From: Finegoldia sp.
GTDB taxonomy: Bacteria; Bacillota; Clostridia; Tissierellales; Peptoniphilaceae
Assembly (NCBI GenBank): GCA_029983915.1
Contig: JASBYN010000005.1
Span: 21,032 to 85,031 of the forward strand
Length of the DNA: 64,000 nucleotides
Direction of reading: 5' to 3'
The position numbers and the translations under genes are program-made. Under the pieces are notes generated by a model. It saw only the letters and a program-made list of their open reading frames with translations. It had not been told where the DNA came from and did no database searches. This document shows, in pieces, positions 1 to 10,048 of this stretch (its first letter is position 1; every line of letters starts with the position of its first letter).

Positions 1-265
1 TGTCTTTTATTTTTTCTATGAATTTTGGACCTTCAGGATTATTATCTAATTCTTCGAGATATTTTTTCTTGAATTCGTCAAATCTTTCTGGTTTGTGGTC
101 AAACCATTTTCTAATTTCAGTAGATGGTGTTATTTCTTTTGCCCAATAAAAAGGCTCTATAGATTCTTTTTTCACTCCTCTGGGCCACAATCTATCTACT
201 AAAATCAAATATCCTTTTATAGATATATCCCATTCGTAAACTCTGACTGCAATAATTTCGTGCAT
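1..265 (-). CDS. DUF488/YeaO-family protein (3' end runs off the window)
   Basis: Not in the ORF track. GAGGTG SD then ATG at 265; reads MHEIIAVRVYEWD...ILVDRLWPRGVKKE...WAKEITPSTEIRKWFDH. LVDRLWPRG and PS.E.RKWF.H are DUF488 hallmarks. Confidence 0.85.
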   Translation of the reverse strand, partial: MHEIIAVRVYEWDISIKGYLILVDRLWPRGVKKESIEPFYWAKEITPSTEIRKWFDHKPERFDEFKKKYLEELDNNPEGPKFIEKIKD

Positions 266-303
266 TTTATCACCTCAATTTTATTTTATCACTGCAAATA
301 AAA

Positions 304-338
304 AAACCTCAAAATTGAATAAATCAATTTTGAGGTTT
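304..338 (-). terminator. Intrinsic terminator after the wzz-like gene
   Basis: Inverted repeat AAACCTCAAAATTGA-ataaa-TCAATTTTGAGGTTT with an adjacent A-run (U-tract on the minus strand). Confidence 0.75.
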
Positions 339-342
339 GTCT

Positions 343-1362
343 TTAAGCATAAGGTAGATATTTGCTATCTTCTGATTTATATTGTGATACTTGAACTGCT
401 CCTATTGGCTCTATTCCCAATGATTTTATTGCGTCCAATGCGATTTCTACTTGTTTAAGTGTAGATTTGTCTTTAGTGTAAAGCACGATTGCCTTTTCTA
501 CACTTGCTGTAAATTCAGTCAAATCTTGTTTTTCAGCTATAGGCATAACCGCAGAAATTTTTTCATCAAAATTTGAATTATACGCTTTAGCTAATTTAGC
601 AGTATTTACATCATAGCTAAATACTCCTATGTTATCTGAGTTTTTGATTCTCTTATGCAATAAATTCAATGCATTTTTGCTATTTTCATCGTAATCACTA
701 GCTAATATAGAAAGTGTATCCAAGCCTAATTTCCCTTTTAATTGTTCTTTGCTGAAAATATCAGGATCTTTGTAATAAGATGCAAATGCATATGCTATTC
801 CTATCAAAAATCCCAAGAACAATCCAACTACTATATCAGTTTTGTTCACTAATTTTTTCATTTTTTTCTTAGCATTAGGGGCATCTACTACTTGGATATT
901 ATCCTTTTTCATAGTCTTTTTAGTTAAATTAGTAATTTCATTTATAGTTTCACCTAATACTTTATTTGTTTGTTCTTTTGTAGGACTACTGTATTCTATT
1001 TCTATTATAGAAGTAGATGGAACGCTTTTTACTTTCAAATCTTTTTTCAAATCAGATGTTTTGACATCTCCACCTGCTTTTTGAGCTACATTATCTAATA
1101 CTGAATTTGATTTCAACAATTGTTCTACATTAGATACTAATTGTTGGTTAAGTACGGCATCTATATTAGAAATTACAGATTGTTCTTTTTCAAAATCTTC
1201 TGGGCTTCCTACCATGATTGACACTTTTGAACTATAAGAATCTCCTTCTAATACGTTGCTCAAAAGGCTAATCAATACTGCACAAGCTATCATTATTATT
1301 AAAATGTGCTTTGATTTCTTTTTCAGCGCTTGCATCGCTTCTTTTAAATTTAATTCTTCCAA
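343..1362 (-). CDS. Polysaccharide chain-length determinant / co-polymerase (Wzz/CpsC/YveK-like)
   Basis: N-terminal ELNLKE...TM segment, LKSNSVL..V motif, second TM near aa 175-195. TTG start with AGGAG SD. Confidence 0.75.
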   Translation of the reverse strand: MEELNLKEAMQALKKKSKHILIIMIACAVLISLLSNVLEGDSYSSKVSIMVGSPEDFEKEQSVISNIDAVLNQQLVSNVEQLLKSNSVLDNVAQKAGGDVKTSDLKKDLKVKSVPSTSIIEIEYSSPTKEQTNKVLGETINEITNLTKKTMKKDNIQVVDAPNAKKKMKKLVNKTDIVVGLFLGFLIGIAYAFASYYKDPDIFSKEQLKGKLGLDTLSILASDYDENSKNALNLLHKRIKNSDNIGVFSYDVNTAKLAKAYNSNFDEKISAVMPIAEKQDLTEFTASVEKAIVLYTKDKSTLKQVEIALDAIKSLGIEPIGAVQVSQYKSEDSKYLPYA

Positions 1363-1364
1363 GT

Positions 1365-2657
1365 TTATATCTCCTTAACTTTTCTTTCTCTTTTACTTAA
1401 TAAAAGCATTAAAATCACGCTCATTATGAGTCCGTGGTACATAAGCCCTGTAAGTAAATCTACACTGAGCAAATTATACATAGGAACTATTGTAATTGCA
1501 AGTGCTACCCACAAAGGCATTTTTTTGTATGAAATTTCATCCATTATACCTATCAACCAACCTACTATTGCAGAATAAATTATCATTCCTAAAAATCCGA
1601 AATTCGCATATCCATTTGCTATAAATCCGGTATTTACCCAAGTGTTAGGATGTCCGTAATAAATCACAGATATCAACGCTTGTATTGGATATTTGTAAGG
1701 ATACAAACTTCCTCCGAATACCCACGATTTATCTGTCAAATATATGAAGTCCATATTTTTGAAAGCATCGTAATATCTAAAATGATTATCTGCAGTTACC
1801 ATGAAAACACGCCTTACTATTACACTTATCGGTTGCCAATTTTCAGTTATCATATAGAAAATAAAACACAAAAATGTCAATCCTGCAAGCGCCATAGTCA
1901 TTAGATTTCCAGTGTATTTATTGCCTTTTACTATGGCTATGAAAATTACAAGCGCTGGATAAAATAGCATGGATTTGTGTGATGTAAATCCAAAGAAAAA
2001 CACCTGACAAATCAAAGTTATCACAGTTCCCAATTTTTTTCTATCCCAAAGGCAAAATACCAACAAAGTAGGGTTGATTATTTTCCCGTACCAATTCATA
2101 AAATAAGCAAACGGCCCCGGGAATACAACTGCTGCTATCTCTCTTCTAGTATCGTATACTTTTCTGAAATCGAAGTTTAGATACTTCAATCCTCCTCTGA
2201 AAATTATCCAAGCAAACATAAGTATTCCTATAATCGCAAATATATATACTATGAAATTTTCATTAATCTTCTTATTAGAAAATGACAATCGCAATTTTGG
2301 ATTAGTTGCAAAAATTTGTATAGTGTAAAATGAAGCTATAAGCATATACATATACAATCTAGAATAATCTTTGAATGGATATATACTTAGACAAGGTATA
2401 ATAAGTAGTACAAAAAATAGCATCAGATAAAAGTCGCTCACCCGTTCTACTCTATGTCTTATCGTGTGGCACATTATTACAATCAAAATGTACGATTCTA
2501 TAAGTTTGTATACATTCAAATTATTAACAAGTCCCATATACGAAAATAAAGGGCTAATTGCATAAGCATAAGTTATATCTAAGAAAAATTTAAATGCCAA
2601 TGCCAAAAACACAAAAAAGCTTTTCGATTGAAACATTGTTTTTATATCATCTATCAT
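1365..2657 (-). CDS. Multi-pass membrane protein, putative Wzy-type polysaccharide polymerase
   Basis: About 10-12 hydrophobic segments; NTGFIANGYANFGFLG motif in the C-terminal loop; directly upstream of the wzz-like gene. Confidence 0.55.
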   Translation of the reverse strand: MIDDIKTMFQSKSFFVFLALAFKFFLDITYAYAISPLFSYMGLVNNLNVYKLIESYILIVIMCHTIRHRVERVSDFYLMLFFVLLIIPCLSIYPFKDYSRLYMYMLIASFYTIQIFATNPKLRLSFSNKKINENFIVYIFAIIGILMFAWIIFRGGLKYLNFDFRKVYDTRREIAAVVFPGPFAYFMNWYGKIINPTLLVFCLWDRKKLGTVITLICQVFFFGFTSHKSMLFYPALVIFIAIVKGNKYTGNLMTMALAGLTFLCFIFYMITENWQPISVIVRRVFMVTADNHFRYYDAFKNMDFIYLTDKSWVFGGSLYPYKYPIQALISVIYYGHPNTWVNTGFIANGYANFGFLGMIIYSAIVGWLIGIMDEISYKKMPLWVALAITIVPMYNLLSVDLLTGLMYHGLIMSVILMLLLSKRERKVKEI

Positions 2658-2730
2658 AAATTCCCCTTCTCAAAAATTTTTTACTAAATTAGTATATCAC
2701 AATTTACACCATAATTGTAATTATAATACA

Positions 2731-3672
2731 TTAATTTACTTTATTTTTAGGAATTTCTCCTTTTTTTACTTGCATTATATTATCGAAAGTAAAATCTCCC
2801 ATTTGCACACGAGCAAGTCTAGTGGCATTTCCCAAATGTGGAACTAACAAAATATTTTTCGCATTTTTTAATTCTTCTGAAATTTTAGGCTCAAATTCAT
2901 ACACATCCAACGCACAGCCTGCGATTTCTTCTTCGTTCAAAGCATTTATCAAAGCCTTTTCGTCTATAACTTTTCCTCTAGATGCGTTCACAAGATATGC
3001 TGTCTTTTTCATTTTTTTAAATGATTGTTCTGATATCAAATGATATAATTGTTCACTATAAGCTGTATGAAGAGTTATCACATCGCTATTTTCTAGAAGG
3101 TAATCCAATTCCACTTGAGTCGCCCCCTCAATATCTTTTTTGCTTCTATTGTAGAATATTACATTCATATCAAACGCTTTTGCTTTTCTCATAACTTCAG
3201 AGCCTATTCTTCCCATTCCGATTATTCCCAAAGTTTTTCCTTCCAAAGTTTCTCCCAATCCGTATACTGGTTTCCAACCTTGGAATGAGCCATCAAAGCA
3301 ATCTTTACTCATTGAAGTTATGTTTCTAAGCAAATCTATCATTATTCCCATAGTCAATTCTGCTGTGGATTTTGTAGAAGCTGATGCAGGTGCATTCGTC
3401 ACAAAAATCCCTTTTTCTCTAGCGTATTCTATATCTACGTTGTCAAATCCAGCTCCATAATTAGCTATTATTTTCAAATTATGAGCTTCATCTATGATTT
3501 CTCGATCGATTTTTTCGCTCAATGGACATACCAATGCATCGACATCTTTTATTCTTTTTTTCAATTCATCTTTTGATAAATACTCTAAACTATCGTTGTA
3601 ATCCAACTCAAAATTATCTTCGTACTTTTTCAATACTTCTTCTGGAATTCTATTTGTAATCAAAACTTTCAT
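2731..3672 (-). CDS. D-isomer-specific 2-hydroxyacid dehydrogenase (glyoxylate/glycerate reductase-like)
   Basis: GAGFDNVD, GIIGMGRIG (NAD binding), NASRG, LDVYEFEP, PHLG motifs. Confidence 0.85.
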   Translation of the reverse strand: MKVLITNRIPEEVLKKYEDNFELDYNDSLEYLSKDELKKRIKDVDALVCPLSEKIDREIIDEAHNLKIIANYGAGFDNVDIEYAREKGIFVTNAPASASTKSTAELTMGIMIDLLRNITSMSKDCFDGSFQGWKPVYGLGETLEGKTLGIIGMGRIGSEVMRKAKAFDMNVIFYNRSKKDIEGATQVELDYLLENSDVITLHTAYSEQLYHLISEQSFKKMKKTAYLVNASRGKVIDEKALINALNEEEIAGCALDVYEFEPKISEELKNAKNILLVPHLGNATRLARVQMGDFTFDNIMQVKKGEIPKNKVN

Positions 3673-4463
3673 TAAATGTCCTCCACTCTTATTGTCTTCA
3701 TTTTTCTATTTTCAAACAAAGCCAAATATTTTACTCCCAAACTTTCCAATAGTTTATACGCCTTTTCAAAATTAAATCTATAGTAATTTTCAAAATGAGC
3801 ATCACTACCTATAGACACTAATTTGCCTTTCATCTTGACGTATTTTTTCAATGCAAATGTGTAATACTCTAGATTTTCATACTGATACACACTTCTAGTA
3901 TTAAGCTCCAACGCTTTTTCGTCATTGATCAATTCTTTGAATACAAAACTTAGATATTCATCTACTATATCGAAGTTTTTAGTATCAAATTTGTTCAATC
4001 TAATAGCGTAATCTATGTGAGTAAGCACGTCGTAATCTTTGAAATTATTTACGGCATCTATCATATTTCCATAATAATCCGTCAAAAATTTTCTCTGGTC
4101 TATATCTTTTGACTTTACACTCATACCGTCGATACCGTTTATTTGGTGAATTGAAAGTAATTGTATGTCGTAATTTCTTTTTTCCAATGTGTCTATTATT
4201 CTGTCTCTGTTTTTGGATGTATATCCTATTTCTATTCCCTTCAATATTTTCTGAGAGTGATTTGAATTGTGCTCATCTATGACTTTGCAGTATTTTTCGT
4301 AATCTATATCTATGTCTTCTTCTTTGCCATCACTATGAATATATCCCAAATCCATATGCTCTGTAGTTATGATATCTCCTTGTACTTGTTTCAAATAATT
4401 TTCGAATTTTTCATTGCTATCAAATGAAAATTCACTGTGACAATGTTGATCTCTATAATACAT
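3672..4463 (-). CDS. PHP-domain histidinol-phosphatase (HisJ/HisK)-family protein
   Basis: DQHCHS, TEH, GIEIG, LSIH, THID, ELNT, GSDAH motifs. Confidence 0.75.
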   Translation of the reverse strand: MYYRDQHCHSEFSFDSNEKFENYLKQVQGDIITTEHMDLGYIHSDGKEEDIDIDYEKYCKVIDEHNSNHSQKILKGIEIGYTSKNRDRIIDTLEKRNYDIQLLSIHQINGIDGMSVKSKDIDQRKFLTDYYGNMIDAVNNFKDYDVLTHIDYAIRLNKFDTKNFDIVDEYLSFVFKELINDEKALELNTRSVYQYENLEYYTFALKKYVKMKGKLVSIGSDAHFENYYRFNFEKAYKLLESLGVKYLALFENRKMKTIRVEDI

Positions 4464-4510
4464 AATTTACCTAAAATTAAAAGATGCCAAATAATTAGCA
4501 TCTTTTGAAT

Positions 4511-5152
4511 TTAACCTTTCACTATTTTTATTCCACTAGACGCACCAATTCTATCTGCTCCTGCTTCTATCATAGAAAGTGCTTCTTCTCTAGTGTGGAT
4601 TCCACCACTTGCTTTTACAAGTGCATTTTCTCCTACTGTTTGTTTCATCAATTTTACATCTTCGACTTTAGCTCCACCTGTTGAAAATCCTGTTGAAGTC
4701 TTTACGAAATCAGCTTTACAATCTACTGAAATTTCACAAGCTTTTACTTTTTCTTCGTCTGTCAATAAGCAAGTTTCAATTATAACTTTCAATACTTTGC
4801 CTTCAGTAGCTTTTCTCACTGCTTCGATATCTTTTTTCACGTATTCATAATCTTTTTCTTTTAATTTGCCGATATTTATTACCATATCTATCTCATCTGC
4901 GCCATCTTCTACTGCTTTTTTAGCTTCAAATGCTTTTGCATCTATGCTCATAGCTCCCAATGGAAACCCTACTACTGTACACACTAAAACATCTGATTTT
5001 TCCAATGATTCTTTCACTAATTCAGTGTAGCAAGAATTTACGCATACGCTTTTAAAATCGTATTCTATTGCTTCTTCGCAAATTTTTTTGATATCAGCGC
5101 TTGTAGCTTCTGCTTTTAATAATGTATGATCTATATATTTATTTAATTCCAT
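4511..5152 (-). CDS. deoC: Deoxyribose-phosphate aldolase
   Basis: [46 protein letters not shown]. Confidence 0.97.
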   Translation of the reverse strand: MELNKYIDHTLLKAEATSADIKKICEEAIEYDFKSVCVNSCYTELVKESLEKSDVLVCTVVGFPLGAMSIDAKAFEAKKAVEDGADEIDMVINIGKLKEKDYEYVKKDIEAVRKATEGKVLKVIIETCLLTDEEKVKACEISVDCKADFVKTSTGFSTGGAKVEDVKLMKQTVGENALVKASGGIHTREEALSMIEAGADRIGASSGIKIVKG

Positions 5153-5153
5153 A

Positions 5154-5858
5154 TTACTCTCCTAATTCTAATGCTATTTCCATCATTTTTGTAAATGAAG
5201 TTTGTCTTTCTTCTGGTGTAGTTTTCTTGTCGAAGTGGAATGAATCGGATATCGTCAATATAGTCAACGCTCTGGCATTATTTGCCTTTGCAGTCAAATA
5301 CAATCCGTAGCTTTCCATTTCTACTGCTAAAACTCCCATCTTTTCCCATTTTTTCCATTCTTCAGATTTTTGGTTGTAGAATATATCTGCAGAAAATACA
5401 TTTCCCACGTGTACATCTATGTTTTTTGATTCTGCAACGTCAACTGCTTTTTTCAATAAATCGTAATCGCAAATTGCAGAATAAGTTCCTTCCAAATCAA
5501 ATTGATGTGCAAAATTAGAATCAGAACAACTTCCCATAGCTATTACTACATCGTACAAATCCAAATCCTTGCTATATGCTCCTGCTGAGCCTATTCTGAT
5601 TAGATTTTCTACTCCGTATTCATTTATCAATTCGTATGAATATATTCCAATAGATGGAATACCCATACCTGTTCCCATTACAGAAATTTCTTTGCCTTTG
5701 TATTTTCCAGTATATCCGAACATATTTCTAACGGCGTTAAATTGTTTTACATCTTCCAAAAAATTATCTGCTATGAATTTTGCTCTCAAAGGATCTCCTG
5801 GCAATAAGACTGTCTTTGCTATATCGCTTTTTTTCGCTTCTATATGTGGTGTAGACAT
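5154..5858 (-). CDS. deoD: Purine nucleoside phosphorylase (hexameric)
   Basis: [40 protein letters not shown]. Confidence 0.97.
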   Translation of the reverse strand: MSTPHIEAKKSDIAKTVLLPGDPLRAKFIADNFLEDVKQFNAVRNMFGYTGKYKGKEISVMGTGMGIPSIGIYSYELINEYGVENLIRIGSAGAYSKDLDLYDVVIAMGSCSDSNFAHQFDLEGTYSAICDYDLLKKAVDVAESKNIDVHVGNVFSADIFYNQKSEEWKKWEKMGVLAVEMESYGLYLTAKANNARALTILTISDSFHFDKKTTPEERQTSFTKMMEIALELGE

Positions 5859-5866
5859 AATACCTC

Positions 5867-6136
5867 CTAATAATTTACAATGATTACATTTAATAAGCCT
5901 ACCAAATCGAGACTTACATCCTTTTCCCCTAAAAAATTTTCTATATAAGGTTCATAGAAAACTTTTATTCCGTCTACAACATCGACTTTCAAATCGATAT
6001 CATCTTTTACAAATCGTGCAAAAAATTTCGGCACTGCAAACCCGCAGCACGCATCTTTTGATAAATAAATCAATATTTTGTCTTTAGATTTTTTATTTGC
6101 ATACGATTTTAATTTATTTGTTATACTTATTTTCAT
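5867..6136 (-). CDS. Small HesB-like/CC-motif protein of unknown function
   Basis: 89 aa with ACCG motif and VDGIKVFY; GGAG SD; 8 nt upstream of deoD. Confidence 0.5.
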   Translation of the reverse strand: MKISITNKLKSYANKKSKDKILIYLSKDACCGFAVPKFFARFVKDDIDLKVDVVDGIKVFYEPYIENFLGEKDVSLDLVGLLNVIIVNY

Positions 6137-6203
6137 ATTTCTCCATATTAAATAAGAGAGAATATTAATTCTCTCTTATTATATCATCATTTTCAATTTT
6201 TCT

Positions 6204-6758
6204 CTATTTTTCAAATCCTGGAATTAAAATACCATAATTTCCATCTTTTCTCTTGTAAACTACGTTTACATTATTTGTTTCATCATCTAGAAATACGAAG
6301 AAATCGTGATCCAATAATTCCATTTGCAATATAGCTTCTTCCTGGTTCATAGGTTTAATTCCAAATTCTTTTGTCTTCACTATTTTGCCGTTTTCCAAAT
6401 TCTTTTCTTTGTTTTCAGGAACATTGTAATCTTCTACAGCTTCAAATCTTATAGTCTTATTGTCTGTAAATCTTTTTTGAAGTTTTGTCTTATGTTTTCT
6501 AACTTGTCTTGCTAATGAATCTTCTACTCTGTCTATTGCAGTTTTTATATCTTCATTAGATTCTTCTGCTCTCAAAACAACACCTTTATCTAAAATAATA
6601 GTTACTTCAATACGAGCTTTATCGCCTTCTTTTTTGAATACTACTCTAGCTTGTTGTTCGTCTTGAAAATACTTATCTAATTTTTTCAATTTAGCTTCTG
6701 TGATTTGTTTCAAATCATCTGTCAAGCTTATTCCATTTGTTGCATAATTAAATCTCAT
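6204..6758 (-). CDS. hpf: Long-form ribosome hibernation promoting factor
   Basis: KLKKLDKYF, LRAEE, AID...LARQVRKHKTKL, and C-terminal KPM..EEAILQMELLDHDFFVF...NVVYKRKDGNYG. Confidence 0.95.
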   Translation of the reverse strand: MRFNYATNGISLTDDLKQITEAKLKKLDKYFQDEQQARVVFKKEGDKARIEVTIILDKGVVLRAEESNEDIKTAIDRVEDSLARQVRKHKTKLQKRFTDNKTIRFEAVEDYNVPENKEKNLENGKIVKTKEFGIKPMNQEEAILQMELLDHDFFVFLDDETNNVNVVYKRKDGNYGILIPGFEK

Positions 6759-6948
6759 AATATGCCTCCTAATTTATGAATTAAGAAATGTTTTCTTACT
6801 ATAACTATACCCAAATTCCACCTAAATTTAACATAAATGCTTGAAATTATTTTGACGATTGTATTACTCACATTGTTTACATTGAACTGAAATAGGGTAG
6901 AACTAATATGTAGGCATAATTTTAGCAATAACTATTAAAGGAGGACAT

Positions 6949-8424
6949 ATGAAAAAAGTTTTTGAAGAAGAAAGAAATATTTTTAAAATTGATATCGATG
7001 AAAAGCCTATTGAAACTAAAACATACGATATAGTAATTGTAGGTGCAGGTACTCCTGGTGTTCCTTGTGCATTGAAAGCAGCAGAACTAGGAAGTAATGT
7101 CTGTGTCATTCAAAAAGAAAATGAAGCTAGTGCTTGCGGTCACATCGGAGTTGGAGTAGATTATGAAAATTCCAATAAAAAAGATGTAGCCAAATTGGTA
7201 TCTAAATTTAAAAAAGAAAGTGAACTTAGAGCTAACAGAGAACTTTTGGAAATGTATGCTGAAAACTCAGGTGAAGCTGTAAAATGGATGATTGAAAAAT
7301 CCGAAGAAGCAGGATGTCAAGTGTCTTCTCTTGGCAACAATCCTCACAAAGGATTTTTGAAAGAAAACGGATACGATATCAATTTTGAAACTATTTTTTA
7401 CGGTCCAAAACCATTTGACGCTGGAGAAGCGATGAAAAAATTAGCAAAATTAGCAGAATCAAAAGGTGTAGATTTTTATTACAATACTCCTGCTGTAAAA
7501 TTGATAAAAGAAAATAATCGCGTGGTTGCAGTTTGGGCGAAAACAGAAAAAGGAATTATTGAATTCAAAGCCACAAAAGGTGTAGTAATAGGAACTGGTG
7601 ATTATCAAAATGATGAGCAAATGAAATCTCATTATATTCCTGCTGTTTTGAATTTAGAAACTAAAAAACACGGTAGAACCGGTGACGGACACAAAATGAT
7701 AATGGATGTAGGTGGCCATATGGAATTGATAGGTCATACTAAGATGGTTCACGACATGGATGCAGGTCCAGGTTCAAATATGCAAGTTCCATTGTTGAGA
7801 GTAAAATTAGATGGAAATAGATTCTGCAACGAAGAAAATGGAATGGAATATATGAATTGCTATTTGTTGGATGCAGAAAATTCAGGTCATTATGCAGAAA
7901 TATTTGATGCTGATTATTTGGCAAATACTGATGAATGGCATTTGGCATCTGAAGAAGAAATGAAACCTTATATGCCACTAGAAGATGTAGAAAGAAAAGG
8001 CGTACTTCCAGATCTTATCGCAACTTATAAGGCAGATACATTAGAAGAATTGGCTAAAAATTTAGGAATAAAAGATGTCGACCAATTCAAAAAGACAGTA
8101 GAACGTTACAACGAATTATGTGAAAATAAAGCAGATACTGATTTTGGAAAAGATGAAAAATATTTGAAACCAATTGTAAAAGCTCCATTTTACGGAACTC
8201 ATCGTCATGTAAGACTTACTATGATATGTAGTGGTATCGAAGTAAATGGCAAACTTCAACCAGTAGATGACGATATGAATCCTATTGAAGGACTTTACGC
8301 TATTGGAAATTTAGCTGGAAACTTCTACGGATCTTATGATTATCCTCTTTCATTGGCTGGATTGAATTTGGGCCATAATTACACTCAAGGCTATGTTATA
8401 GCAAAAGTATTATCCGACAAATAA
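6949..8424 (+). CDS. FAD-binding oxidoreductase (flavocytochrome c / fumarate reductase flavoprotein family)
   Basis: DIVIVGAG, VVIGTGDY, TGDGH, RFCNE, KADTLEELA, DTDFGK, PIEGLYAIGN; AGGAGG SD. Confidence 0.8.
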   Translation: MKKVFEEERNIFKIDIDEKPIETKTYDIVIVGAGTPGVPCALKAAELGSNVCVIQKENEASACGHIGVGVDYENSNKKDVAKLVSKFKKESELRANRELLEMYAENSGEAVKWMIEKSEEAGCQVSSLGNNPHKGFLKENGYDINFETIFYGPKPFDAGEAMKKLAKLAESKGVDFYYNTPAVKLIKENNRVVAVWAKTEKGIIEFKATKGVVIGTGDYQNDEQMKSHYIPAVLNLETKKHGRTGDGHKMIMDVGGHMELIGHTKMVHDMDAGPGSNMQVPLLRVKLDGNRFCNEENGMEYMNCYLLDAENSGHYAEIFDADYLANTDEWHLASEEEMKPYMPLEDVERKGVLPDLIATYKADTLEELAKNLGIKDVDQFKKTVERYNELCENKADTDFGKDEKYLKPIVKAPFYGTHRHVRLTMICSGIEVNGKLQPVDDDMNPIEGLYAIGNLAGNFYGSYDYPLSLAGLNLGHNYTQGYVIAKVLSDK

Positions 8425-8433
8425 TAATAAATC

Positions 8434-8470
8434 AAAAAAGATGATTCCCATAACGGAAATCATCTTTTTT
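8434..8470. terminator. Bidirectional intrinsic terminator between convergent genes
   Basis: AAAAAAGATGATTCCC-ataac-GGAAATCATCTTTTTT. Confidence 0.8.
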
Positions 8471-8478
8471 TATCTGTT

Positions 8479-9927
8479 TTATCTGTTTTGGCTCAATAAG
8501 TTGTATCTTATATCCCACAATTTTTGAGATAAGTCTACATGGAATAAATGTGGATGTTCAAATCTCTTTACTTCTTCCCATTGTTCTTCTAATTGTTCAT
8601 CTCTTCTTTTGTTTATTTGTTCTAGGCTTGGAAGATCGTATATCAATTTTCCTTTTTCAAAAATTTTCACTAATAATTTTTTGGTTGTAAAATTAGACAA
8701 TGTTTTTCTCTTCCAAGTGTGAATTGGATGGAATATTTCCAAATCTTTAGTTTCATCTATTTCTTCATCATGAAGAGTTATCAAATCTGCTTCTGCTTTT
8801 CCAGTTTGTTTGTCGTATATTCTATAAACTGTTTTAAATCCAGGTGTAGTTATCTTTTCGATATTTTCACTTATTTTTATCTTAGGTATTATAGTGCCAT
8901 CTGATTTTTCTATCGCAGATAATTTGTACACTCCACCCAATACAGGATCAGATTTTGCAGTTATAAGCCTTTCTCCTACTCCAAATCCATCTAGTTTTGC
9001 TCCTTGTTCCAATAAATCGGATATAGTGTACTCGTCTAATGAATTACTAGCCATAATTGAACAGTATTCGTATCCTGCATCATCCAACATTTTTCTAGCT
9101 TTTTTAGATAAATAAGCCAAATCTCCACTGTCTATTCTAATCGACATATTTGTTATTCCAAGTGGTTTCAATACTTCATCGAAAACTTTTATCGCATTAG
9201 GTACTCCTGATTTCAATACATTGTATGTATCGACCAATAGAGAGCAATTATGTGGAAAAGTCTTTGCATAAGCTTTAAAAGCTTCGTATTCACTATCATA
9301 CATCATAATCCAAGAGTGAGCCATAGTTCCAAATGCAGGAACTTTGTAAGTAATATCTGTAAGCGTATTGCTAGTTGCAGTAGCTCCTCCTATAAATGCA
9401 GCTCTAGCTCCCAAAACAGTAGCATCTACTCCTTGTGCACGTCTTGCACCAAATTCCATTACAACTCTTCCTTCTGCTGCCCTTACAATTCTATTTGTTT
9501 TTGTGGCAATCAACGATTGGTGATTCAACGATAAAAGCGCGAAGGTTTCTATCAATTGTGCTTGAGGAGCTGGTCCTCTCACTATCATCAAAGGTTCATT
9601 AGGAAATGCTATCGATCCTTCTGGCATAGCCCATACATCACACTCGAATTTGAAATTTTTTAAGTAATTCAAAAATTTTTCGCCGAACATTTTTTTGCTT
9701 CTAAAATATTCTATGTCTTCTTCATTGAAACGCAAATTTTGAATGTACTTAACAATTTCTTCAAGCCCTGCTACGATAATAAATCCACCATCATCTGGAA
9801 CTTTTCTAAAATACAAATCAAAATAAGCAATTTCATTTTCCATATTGTTTTCCAAATATCCATTCATCATTGTGAATTCATAGAAGTCGGAAAGCATTGT
9901 TAAATTTTCATAATTTTTCCAATCCAT
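8479..9927 (-). CDS. pncB: Nicotinate phosphoribosyltransferase
   Basis: DFYEFTM, EFGARRAQG, GTMAHS, LVDTY, RIDSGDL, GGVYKL. Start reassigned to ATG 9927 (MDWKNY) behind a GGAGG SD. Confidence 0.95.
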   Translation of the reverse strand: MDWKNYENLTMLSDFYEFTMMNGYLENNMENEIAYFDLYFRKVPDDGGFIIVAGLEEIVKYIQNLRFNEEDIEYFRSKKMFGEKFLNYLKNFKFECDVWAMPEGSIAFPNEPLMIVRGPAPQAQLIETFALLSLNHQSLIATKTNRIVRAAEGRVVMEFGARRAQGVDATVLGARAAFIGGATATSNTLTDITYKVPAFGTMAHSWIMMYDSEYEAFKAYAKTFPHNCSLLVDTYNVLKSGVPNAIKVFDEVLKPLGITNMSIRIDSGDLAYLSKKARKMLDDAGYEYCSIMASNSLDEYTISDLLEQGAKLDGFGVGERLITAKSDPVLGGVYKLSAIEKSDGTIIPKIKISENIEKITTPGFKTVYRIYDKQTGKAEADLITLHDEEIDETKDLEIFHPIHTWKRKTLSNFTTKKLLVKIFEKGKLIYDLPSLEQINKRRDEQLEEQWEEVKRFEHPHLFHVDLSQKLWDIRYNLLSQNR

Positions 9928-9977
9928 AATTTTCCTCCGAATCTCATTTATGATAATTATAGTCCAAATACTCATAT

Positions 9978-10030
9978 TTGACAAAAAAAGATAAATATTA
10001 TACAATAACCATACCACCCATAGGGTGGAT
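9978..10030 (+). promoter_or_regulatory. SigA promoter of copA-copZ-csoR with a CsoR-type operator
   Basis: TTGACA (9978)-17 nt-TACAAT (10001), followed by the GC-tract palindrome CCACCC-ATA-GGGTGG (10014-10028). Confidence 0.75.
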
Positions 10031-10048
10031 AGAAAGGATAGGAGGAAT

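Noticed and set aside
2692..2703. Shared TTGTGATATA(A/C)T motif before wzy, purC and the GT4 gene as a regulator site
   Set aside because: Explained by ordinary extended -10 (TG-n-TATAAT) promoter elements.
8479..10048. Longer ORF-track starts for pncB (10017) and copA (10025); likewise 26835, 29159, 30957, 45886, 58335 and 61607
   Set aside because: The extensions overlap promoter/operator sequence or lack an SD; downstream ATGs have clear SDs and match family N-termini.
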